A stretch of DNA of 61,473 bases from a virus (lineage: Duplodnaviria > Caudoviricetes), in the IMG/VR virus record IMGVR_UViG_3300044731_000955, positions 1 to 61,473 of that record; one strand, given 5' to 3'. Below are positions 18,520 to 27,600 of this stretch, in pieces; position 1 is the stretch's first letter, and each line of letters begins with the position of its first letter. The position numbers were made by a program, and so were the translations under genes. The notes below the pieces were generated by a model. It saw nothing but the letters and a program-made list of their open reading frames with translations, was not told where the DNA came from and did no database searches.

Positions 18520-19047
18520 TTATTTAACTAGTATTCTAACAAATTCATTTAAGTAGAAAGGTACAGTAGATGCAACAGTTAAAGTTCCTGTTGATGATGT
18601 CCATAATACTTGGTTTCCAGTTGGTGTGCCTGAAGTAAGGATGGCACCAACATCCAAACCACCTCTTGATGCATAAAGTAAAGTTGTATTTACTGCTTCA
18701 GAGAATGTGATGCTAGCTGTTCCTTCTACTGCAAAATTAGAGTATTCACGAACGCCTTGTCCACCACCACCCGGTACTACACTACCACCAGAGCTACCAT
18801 TAGCTAATATTTCTTGTGCTATTGCAACCTTAGCCCCACAAAGAGCAAAGACGTAATTACTTACGCCGGGTACTGTGCTTATATTTTGGGTAATACCAAA
18901 ATTCAAAGCCTTCCACTCCATATATAATTGAATTGCTTTTCTTGGGTCTATGGTGCCATTGAAAAATCCTTTTTCTTTTGGAATCGCATCATTCCATAAG
19001 TATTCAGCTATTTTGGCTATCGATAAAACTTCTGCTGGTGTTGGCAT
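18520..19047 (-). CDS. Putative virion (tail/fibre attachment) protein
   Basis: Position upstream of fibres, beta-rich G/T/S composition. Confidence 0.5.
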   Translation of the reverse strand: MPTPAEVLSIAKIAEYLWNDAIPKEKGFFNGTIDPRKAIQLYMEWKALNFGITQNISTVPGVSNYVFALCGAKVAIAQEILANGSSGGSVVPGGGGQGVREYSNFAVEGTASITFSEAVNTTLLYASRGGLDVGAILTSGTPTGNQVLWTSSTGTLTVASTVPFYLNEFVRILVK

Positions 19048-19057
19048 TACTATTTAT

Positions 19058-19576
19058 TTAGAAGAAATAACTTTGGTTTGTACTAATGAATGTCGCTCTG
19101 TTTAAAGCTGCTTGCGCACTGAAAATATCAGATGCAAAAGATATAGCTTGGTATGCAGAATCTAATTCTACTCTAAGTATCATTTTAGTTTGATACCAGT
19201 TAGTGCTTGCTGTTAGATTTGCATTTGCTACTTGGCTTTCAGTTAAACCATAATAAAAAGTTTCATTGTATGCTGTAAAGGCAAAGGATGTGGTTTTAGT
19301 TGCCACTACCACATTTACAGATGTTAACCACTGAACAGTAATACTTAATGCTGTATCTTGTATTAGTACATTTAAACTAGTGGTTGTATCCACCAATGCC
19401 CACTCAATATAATCGGTAACTGTTCCCGCTGGTACCAAATAAGTACCATCTGATTGTAATAAATAAATTCTACGCTTAGTAATAGTTCCATCTGAACCTG
19501 TTGAGGTATCAGTTAAAAAAATTAAATTAGGCGTGCCGCTATTCTGGGATGCGGTAAAATTTGGGGAGAGAGGCAT
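19058..19576 (-). CDS. Putative virion protein with PKD/Ig-like N-terminus
   Basis: PNFTAS...FLTDTSTGSDGTI pattern; own TATATTTG promoter at 19601-19594. Confidence 0.5.
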   Translation of the reverse strand: MPLSPNFTASQNSGTPNLIFLTDTSTGSDGTITKRRIYLLQSDGTYLVPAGTVTDYIEWALVDTTTSLNVLIQDTALSITVQWLTSVNVVVATKTTSFAFTAYNETFYYGLTESQVANANLTASTNWYQTKMILRVELDSAYQAISFASDIFSAQAALNRATFISTNQSYFF

Positions 19577-19593
19577 TGTATTAAAATTTTACC

Positions 19594-19601
19594 CAAATAT
19601 A
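19594..19601 (-). promoter_or_regulatory. -7 element TATATTTG for tail fibre operon
   Basis: TAnnTTTG followed by GGTAAAATT, similar to 3573 and 60247. Confidence 0.6.
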
Positions 19602-19614
19602 AGAAATTTATGGC

Positions 19615-22600
19615 TTATTTTTTATAGTATTTCTTTTTCTCCCTTATTTCAGCTGATAAATCTTGTTTAAGCTTTTTATATTCCTCTTTAATGCCTTCGG
19701 TAGTAAATCCAGTAGCTTCTTGCACCTCTGCAATAGCCTCTAATTTTGCCGTTTGTAGAAGGTCTGCAGCTGTACTTCTTTTAAACTCTATAGTGTACTC
19801 TGGTAAAACCTCAATTTCTTCTGCTTTAAGACTTTTATAATCTTCTGTAATAAAAGCATTAAACTTATCTGCCGTCTTCTTTCTAAAAATATAATATTCC
19901 TCATTAGTCATAGCTCTTTTTTTGCCATCTGGGGAATAAATACCAAATGGGTAATCTTTTATTTCTGCTGGGTTTTGGTATGCATCTGTAGCAGCAAAGT
20001 TAATTTCACTTAAAAAAGCATCTATATTATCGCCATATTTGCCTTTTGTGAACATTTTGGATACTCCATCAGCACTATTTACATAAATTTCGCCATATTC
20101 ATAAGTTCTACCTCTGTAATCAAAACTAGGCTGTTCTTTAGAAAAAGCTCTAGTCATGCTTAGCTGATTTAAAACATTTGTTCCAAAGTCAATTGATTGT
20201 CTGGTAGTTGGGTTTAACAAGGTAGAAAGTTCTGTTTGAGTTCTATTAAAAGGTATTTGAGAACCTAATATTCCTCCTGTCATTTTACCTAATTGTGGTG
20301 CAAATTTCTCTTCTTTACCCTTAAATATGTTGGATAGCATACTGCCATACTTAGAGGCGCTTGTTGTCCAAGACGCATCAATAACCGAATTCATAGCAGC
20401 AAGTGCGCCTATTATAATTCTACTTTTTGTTTCATTTTCTGGGCTTTTTTCCATTACAACATAATCTGCCCACATACCTAATACTCTGCCTTCGTTACCA
20501 AGCAAGTCTAATGGTATAAATCTTCCGCCAATATTAATTGTTTCCTTTGGTCTACCTATTGCCTTTACTTTTTCTTGAGCATATTTTTCTGATTTAGCCG
20601 AACCTATAATTGCTTCTTTTGCCTCGTCATCATCGTCTGCTAAATTTTTGACTAATGATATAGCGTACATTAATACAGCAGTATATGATGCTCCTAACAA
20701 AGACCTGATTATATAATCATCACCTAATTCGTTAATTTCATCATTAGATATTTTTGTTTTTGCATTTTCAGTAGCAACTTTTGCATATCCTTTATACGCC
20801 AATCCTTTTAATGCACCATATGGGGTTAATTCTAATTGCATTTCTGTCCATCTTCCAATTGAATGAACAAATGGGAAAACTTGGGTAAAAGCTACATCCC
20901 CTGCATTAGAAACTGCTGTGCCAAGTTTCGTAGTGCTTTTCTTCATGCCCATATTAATATACTTTTGCACAGCATCCATAGGAATTAATATAATAGAAAC
21001 TATACCATTAGTAGTAGTTTTTCCTGTTTCTCTACCGGCTTGTCTTTCCCCTCTTGCAACTATATCTAAAGGAGCTGTACCGCCAATCATTCTGTAGGCT
21101 TCATTTTGTATTTCTTCATCAGTAGGATTTTCATTACCTTCTGATTTTAATTTGGTTTCAGCCATTGGTTTTAATGAAGCTATAGTTTTGTAGAATTCTT
21201 TTGATAATTCTTCGTTTCTAGCTCTTTCTACTCTTTCATTAATTGTTCTATTAATTTCATAAGTAGTAGGATTAGACACGCCTGATGCCTTTAAACTTGC
21301 AACAGCTTTATCAAATTCAACATCCCTATCCAAACTATACATTATTTCATATATCTTAGTAGCTTTTTCTTTTGAACTTAATTCTGGATAGAATTTATTT
21401 ATTTGTTTATTTATTTGCCAAAATTGAGTAAGTCCGGATACTGTAGCAGAACTTAATGTATCAGCTGATTCTAATAGTCTTTGTATGTATTTAACTTTTG
21501 AATATGCAGCATTAAATATATTTAAATCTACTTTTTTACCACCTAATTGGGCGTAAATAGGTTTTCCTATAAATTTTCCACCCAAAAATTTACCCTCACC
21601 TTGCTCTAAATATCTAACTCTAGCTTCGCCTTCTGTAACTTGTGTTAAATCAGAAAAAGAGCTACCTCTACTTACAGCACCTTTTATTAAAATTGTTTTA
21701 GCGTCTGCGATTGAATTAAGAAACTCTTTCCCAAATACTTTAGCTGCTGAAAATGGTTTACCTGTCTTTGCTGATACCGTAAATAATGTAGATACGGTTC
21801 TTAAAAATCCTGTTAAGTTTTGAATTTGATTATATACACTAGATAACTTATTAGACATTACAGCTTCTCTGTTTTCAAGAAATTCTATATTGCCGCCTTT
21901 AGTATCCATTATATATTGAAGCTGTTCTTCAAATAATCTTTTTCTAAAATAAGGTATGTCTGGGTTATCTATTATAGCTGCCAATTCTCTCATTCTTACA
22001 ACATCATCTTTACTTAATGAAATTAACCCAAGTTCTGCTGCTAATGCATCTTTAATATTAGCATCAGATAACATCCCTTTATTATTAAGTTCAATAAGTT
22101 TTGTAATCTTAGTCTTAGGTGTTTTTTCTCCCAAAGCACTTTTTACTTTATTTATTACGCCCTTGTTTAAGAACTTGTTAATCTCTTTTGTTTTAATATC
22201 TGCTACCTTAGAATCTAATTGTTCTAATACTGCATTTATTTCTGGTTTAGCTTGTTCTATTGTAAATCCTAAATCTAATATTGACTTTGTTATTTTCTCT
22301 TTGGCTTCATTAAGATTTGCTGCATTGCCAACTATTTTTGACCAATCTACTGATTTAACTGATTTATTATCAATTACTTTTTCTTTATAAAACCCAGCAT
22401 CAATAAGCTTTTGTCTTATAATATCGCTTACTTGGTTTTTAGTCAATAATGTATCAAAAATACTATCTATGTAATCGGCTAGAAATTCTTTTATTTCCTC
22501 TCTTTTTTCGTCAGTAAGATTTTCATCATTATCTATTAAGTCTTCTAATTCTGCTTGAGTCTTTTCCCAAATTGCATAATCTTTTTTATTATTAGCTATC

Positions 22601-24198
22601 GCAAATGCAAGAATATCATTTATATTTTTAATGTTCTCTTTCTTTTCTGCATAATATTCTTTAGCCTTTTGATTAATAGTCTTAACTAATTTTTTTAGAT
22701 AGGTTTGTTCATCTTCTGTAGATGGCATATCTAAATTAGATTCTGCATCCTTTCTAATTCTTTCTGCTGCTAAACGAGGGGCTAATGCACGAGCTTTGTC
22801 TGGATTATTTTCTTCTTCTTTTTTTAAATTAGCTTTAGCTGCTTTCTTCGAAGCGGTTACCATTTTCTTGGCATCGGAATCCTTTTGCAACTCTTCAAAT
22901 GCAGCTACAATATCTTCGTCAGTGCTAAATAATGATTTTTCAGCGCCATTTTCTATTGCTTTCTCTCTTACGCTTGAATATATACTTTTAAAGTCTTTGG
23001 CAAATCCTTTGAATTTACTTGACATTACATTATACCAATCAGCAAATTTAGTTATTCCATTTTCTATGTGGTATAATCCAAAATATGATAAATCTACATA
23101 ATCATCTTTAGAAGCAATACTTCTACTTCTCTGCATAAAATCTTTAAGCCTTTTGTCGTATTCAGTATCATTGGTTACACGCTTAATTTTTAAAGGATTT
23201 GCTTTAGTTCCTTTTTGCGCTTTATCTCTTTGTAATATTTCTTTCTTTAACCTCTCTACTTCTTTTTGTAATTCACTAGCTTTTAAATTAGCATCTGCTT
23301 CTTCTTCTAATTGGCTATCAGTTATTTCACTAGCGGCTTGCTTTACTGCTGATTTATCATCTTTGATTATATTGCCTATCCCTTTAGCTTGAGATGTAGC
23401 TTGTTTTGCTCTAACGGCATTTAATTCATCTATTCTAGTTTGAAGCGATTTAACTAATGATAAATTTGATAGTTTATATATTTCTTTAAATATATTGATA
23501 GCTCTACCATATGCTGTTCCTAATTGACCTAAACTAGCTGCTACTTGTTGGAATTTTTCATTTGCATCAATTTCATTTATACTAGCGTTTTCTGATGCTT
23601 TTGTATTACCAGATAATGCTGATTCGTTAGCTAAGCCAGCATAATAATTCATAGCTGCTCCAAGAATCATAGTTCTTTCTACAGGCTCTAAGCCGTTATT
23701 CATTTTGGTAGCTTCTAGAACAGCAGTTTCTACTCCAATTCCTTTTATTAAATTGTAAGCTAATTCTTTGCTCTTTGCAACAGGCAGAGTGGTATAAAGT
23801 GCATTAGGGTCATTTATCAATATGGATTTTTGTTCTTCTGTTAATCCTTCTGCTCTATTAATAAGTTGTTTATATAAAGAACGTATTTCTATGACTTCTT
23901 CATTGCCTTCAGTTTCTTTGGCAGTTGGAGTCCTTTGCTTGCTTGGTCGAACTCTTTCACCACCTTCGGTGATATCTTCCCTTGCGCCTGCAAGACGTGA
24001 AACTTCTTTCTTTGGGCGTCTGACTTGTATGGCATATTTTTCTTTTATTTGTGATAAATCAATTGTTTCATCAGTGACAAACTGGTCAAAAGGAGAAATC
24101 CCTGACTTATCTGGAATGGATAAATGCTTTATAAGCTGTTCTTCAGTTAGAGGTTCTCTTTTACCATCTATTGTAATATAGTATAAGCAGTCTGCCAT
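19615..24198 (-). CDS. Large helical internal virion (ejection) protein
   Basis: 1527 aa, alpha-helical, at the end of the ejection-protein block typical of podoviruses. Confidence 0.55.
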   Translation of the reverse strand: MADCLYYITIDGKREPLTEEQLIKHLSIPDKSGISPFDQFVTDETIDLSQIKEKYAIQVRRPKKEVSRLAGAREDITEGGERVRPSKQRTPTAKETEGNEEVIEIRSLYKQLINRAEGLTEEQKSILINDPNALYTTLPVAKSKELAYNLIKGIGVETAVLEATKMNNGLEPVERTMILGAAMNYYAGLANESALSGNTKASENASINEIDANEKFQQVAASLGQLGTAYGRAINIFKEIYKLSNLSLVKSLQTRIDELNAVRAKQATSQAKGIGNIIKDDKSAVKQAASEITDSQLEEEADANLKASELQKEVERLKKEILQRDKAQKGTKANPLKIKRVTNDTEYDKRLKDFMQRSRSIASKDDYVDLSYFGLYHIENGITKFADWYNVMSSKFKGFAKDFKSIYSSVREKAIENGAEKSLFSTDEDIVAAFEELQKDSDAKKMVTASKKAAKANLKKEEENNPDKARALAPRLAAERIRKDAESNLDMPSTEDEQTYLKKLVKTINQKAKEYYAEKKENIKNINDILAFAIANNKKDYAIWEKTQAELEDLIDNDENLTDEKREEIKEFLADYIDSIFDTLLTKNQVSDIIRQKLIDAGFYKEKVIDNKSVKSVDWSKIVGNAANLNEAKEKITKSILDLGFTIEQAKPEINAVLEQLDSKVADIKTKEINKFLNKGVINKVKSALGEKTPKTKITKLIELNNKGMLSDANIKDALAAELGLISLSKDDVVRMRELAAIIDNPDIPYFRKRLFEEQLQYIMDTKGGNIEFLENREAVMSNKLSSVYNQIQNLTGFLRTVSTLFTVSAKTGKPFSAAKVFGKEFLNSIADAKTILIKGAVSRGSSFSDLTQVTEGEARVRYLEQGEGKFLGGKFIGKPIYAQLGGKKVDLNIFNAAYSKVKYIQRLLESADTLSSATVSGLTQFWQINKQINKFYPELSSKEKATKIYEIMYSLDRDVEFDKAVASLKASGVSNPTTYEINRTINERVERARNEELSKEFYKTIASLKPMAETKLKSEGNENPTDEEIQNEAYRMIGGTAPLDIVARGERQAGRETGKTTTNGIVSIILIPMDAVQKYINMGMKKSTTKLGTAVSNAGDVAFTQVFPFVHSIGRWTEMQLELTPYGALKGLAYKGYAKVATENAKTKISNDEINELGDDYIIRSLLGASYTAVLMYAISLVKNLADDDDEAKEAIIGSAKSEKYAQEKVKAIGRPKETINIGGRFIPLDLLGNEGRVLGMWADYVVMEKSPENETKSRIIIGALAAMNSVIDASWTTSASKYGSMLSNIFKGKEEKFAPQLGKMTGGILGSQIPFNRTQTELSTLLNPTTRQSIDFGTNVLNQLSMTRAFSKEQPSFDYRGRTYEYGEIYVNSADGVSKMFTKGKYGDNIDAFLSEINFAATDAYQNPAEIKDYPFGIYSPDGKKRAMTNEEYYIFRKKTADKFNAFITEDYKSLKAEEIEVLPEYTIEFKRSTAADLLQTAKLEAIAEVQEATGFTTEGIKEEYKKLKQDLSAEIREKKKYYKK

Positions 24199-24207
24199 TG
24201 TTATTTT

Positions 24208-24699
24208 TTATTTATCTGAAATATGTTGGTCAAATTCAAGCAATTCTTTTGTCGCTTCAGCTATTTTGTACTTAGCTAACAAATCTCCATAAGAACCAAC
24301 GGCTTTGCGTTGAATTTCAATGAATTGCAAAAGGTATTGGGCTACAGAAACATCTTCATCTTCTGCTTGCTCATAAAACTTTTTGTAGTGATTATATACT
24401 TCTAATTCCATTTCATAGCCAAGATTAAGAGAGTCGCCTATATTTGCTATCTTATCTGATACTTCGTCTATTTTTGGTAAATCTGCGCAATCACCCATAT
24501 CGTTCATGAATTCAACATGGATTTGATAATGAGTTAATTCTTCAGCACTTTCTGCTAAAAAATACTTTTGGCTACCGAAATATCCTAATCTTTGCAATTG
24601 GTTAGCAAAGCTTTTCCATAAATTAGCCTGATAAAGCTCAAGTTCTATGGATTTCTGCAAACCTTTTCTCATGCTTGCACTTAATAGTGATTTTAACAT
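24208..24699 (-). CDS. Ferritin-like protein
   Basis: E-x6-W, GY-G...F...EELTH, E-EV, D...Q-L-QFIE-Q four-helix pattern. Confidence 0.8.
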   Translation of the reverse strand: MLKSLLSASMRKGLQKSIELELYQANLWKSFANQLQRLGYFGSQKYFLAESAEELTHYQIHVEFMNDMGDCADLPKIDEVSDKIANIGDSLNLGYEMELEVYNHYKKFYEQAEDEDVSVAQYLLQFIEIQRKAVGSYGDLLAKYKIAEATKELLEFDQHISDK

Positions 24700-27600
24700 A
24701 TTTTTTCTATTTTATTATTTTTTATTAATTCAGCGACTATATTATCAAAGTTATCTCTTATTAAGATTTCTTGCTTGTTTTGCCTTAATTTTTTTCCCAT
24801 AGGGAGTGTTTCGTACATTTCTTGTAGCGTTCGCCCTTCAAATTGCTTGCCTAAGATGTCTTTTACAGCCATTTTGGTAAATTCTTCAAAGGTTACATTC
24901 TGCAATTCTTCGGCAGTAATGTCCTTAAACCCTGCTAAATCTCTTATTCTAGTCCATAAAGCATCCAACCACTCTTTAAATGACGTTCTTTTCGATTCTG
25001 TGACAAATTGAGCGCCTTTATCACCAATAGCCATTGCTAGTGCCTCGTGTTGAAAATAAAGCTCTGCTTCCTCCTTTGTAGCCAATTTTTTGGCTTGTTC
25101 TTGATAAAACTTGCTAGATTTAACTTCTTTAAGATAATCTGAATTTTTTACTAATTCTATACCTCGTTGATATACCTTATTGTCGTTTTGCTTAACCCAC
25201 TCGGTCCAAATATGACCTGCTTCGTGTATTGGAGTGTTTGGATTTAATTTTTCACCATTTAGATATATCTTATCTTGGAATTTAAATCCTAAAATATCCC
25301 CTTCCGGATTAGCCATAAATAATGGCAAACCTACTTCTACTTGAGCCTTTAATTCAGGAGTAATATTTATAGAATATTGCAATTGGTCTCCGCCGTCTTT
25401 ATATTTCCATATTTTTCTTATATCAATTAAAACTGATTCTTTTAATTGCCCTGATTTATTAGCTTTAGCATACATCTCAAGAGCTTGCTCATTATTGCCA
25501 TTATCTATCGCCTTATCTCGCTCACTTAAAAAATAAGTTTGATTATCTTGGTGCAAATCCATTTCTTTTTGCAATTCCTTTATTCTTGCTTGGCTAGATA
25601 TTACAGACGTCTTACTTGGCTCTTGTTTAAATAAGCTTTTTGCCATATTACCCAATATACCTAAACTTCCTTCAGATGGAGAACCATAAAAACCTTTCAT
25701 CCCCTTACCACCAATTTTCAAATCAACTCCACGAACTGTATAAAATTCTGGGTTTTCTTTCATATTTTTTTTCCACTCTTTCCCTTTATTATTATCCGCC
25801 CCTTCAATAAGTTTTTGAGTTAAATCTTTTCCAATAATGCCCTCCATTTCTTGTGGAGTAACTTTCTCACCAGATTTTGAATATGGTTCTATTTCTTGAC
25901 CTTTCTTATCTTCTACAACCAATTGGTATGTGCCATCATTGTTTTTACTTGCGCTTGCAGCATTTATTTGCTTACTCAAATCATACCTATCATTCTGCTG
26001 CTCCCCTGTTGTCCAAGCAATTTTATCAACACCTTGTTTAACAGCTTCTTTAAGAGCTACTTTAAGAGCTAATTTAGTCCATGCGTTTGTGTCTGTTACA
26101 AAAGGGGCTGAAGGCTGTCCTGAATATGCTGCGTCATAAGCCCGTACAGCAGCTATCATTACCTCTAATTTATCTCCTTTTATTTTTAATAATTCATTAA
26201 ACTTACTATCTCTTTTAGCTAAATCATACTGTGAATCAAAATAAGTATCTTTTTCAATATAAATTTGTCTTTCGGCTATTTCTTCTTCTGTTGCCACCCC
26301 ATTTCTCATTTTTGCACTTATATTTGCATAAGCGTTTTCTTCAGCATCATTTAGTTCAATTTTCTTGATTTTATTTTTATCATAATACTCATCAATTTCT
26401 TTATCTATTTTTTTAACATCCTCTCTAGCTAAATTTCTTGTAGTTTCTAATTTTTGTAAATCACCTAATTGAAACCCTTCCTTCTTACCTTTTTGTCCCC
26501 AATCGCTTTGAACTTCTTCTAAAAATAATACCTTGTTGCCTTGAACATCTTTTCTTATATTCATTCTTAAATGAACAAGTATGTTTTTTTCATCAAAATG
26601 GCTTGATATAAATTTATTTTTTGTTTCTTTTATTGATTCTTTTATTGGTAATGTAACCAATATCTCTGCATAATCTTCTTTTTCTCCTTCTAATTGATAA
26701 TTAGAAAATTTAGTCGGATTTAAAATCCCTCCTTCTCCTTCCATATTTAATTCTAAAACTTCATGTCTTTTTGTATATCTATGGCTATCCTCCCAATATT
26801 TGTCTGCAAGTGCTCTATTCCCTTTTTGTTGTGCAAGTCTAGCTTTTTGCTCGGCTTCTTTTTGTAGATTAATTAAATCATTAGAATTGCTTTTATCTCT
26901 AACATTTAACAAAAACAAAAATTCATCATAAGAATCTTGTATGACATCCTCCATAGCCCCGCCGGGATTTTCTGCATCAAGTTGTTCTAAATATTTTAAT
27001 CTTTCTAATTGTTCTTCAGTTAAATTTTCTGCTCTACCTTTTACTATTTCGTTTATTTCTATTTGATTGTTTTTAAGCCAATCTTTAATTTCTTGCTTAG
27101 ACAAACTACCTTGTTGTTGACTTAACCAATCTGCAAGACCCGTCCATTTAGCTTCTTCTCCTTTTAACTTATCTAACCATTGTTTAGCAGGCATTTTATC
27201 CGCCTTCATTTGGTTAATTTGTAATTCTAATGGGCTATAAAAACCATTTACTACGCTTGCATCAACAGGCTTAGCTGTTACTTTTTCTCCATTTGGTAAT
27301 GTAGCTTGGAATTCTACTCGACCTCCTGTTTCAGCCATTTGCTCAGCTTTGGCAAATGTTGATTGCGCATCTTTAAGTATTACTACTTTGTCTTCAGCTT
27401 TTCCTCCAAATAAATCACTTATAAAATTACCTACCCTTCCTATTATACCAGTAGTTACTTCTTTAGGGGTATATTCTTTGGTATATTCTTGGTAAGCTTT
27501 ATTTACTGTTTCTTTTAGTCTTTTGCTATCATATCCTACTTCTTTTGCTATTCTGGTTCTAATTGCATTTAAATTCAATCCTTCCTCTACCAAATCTTTG

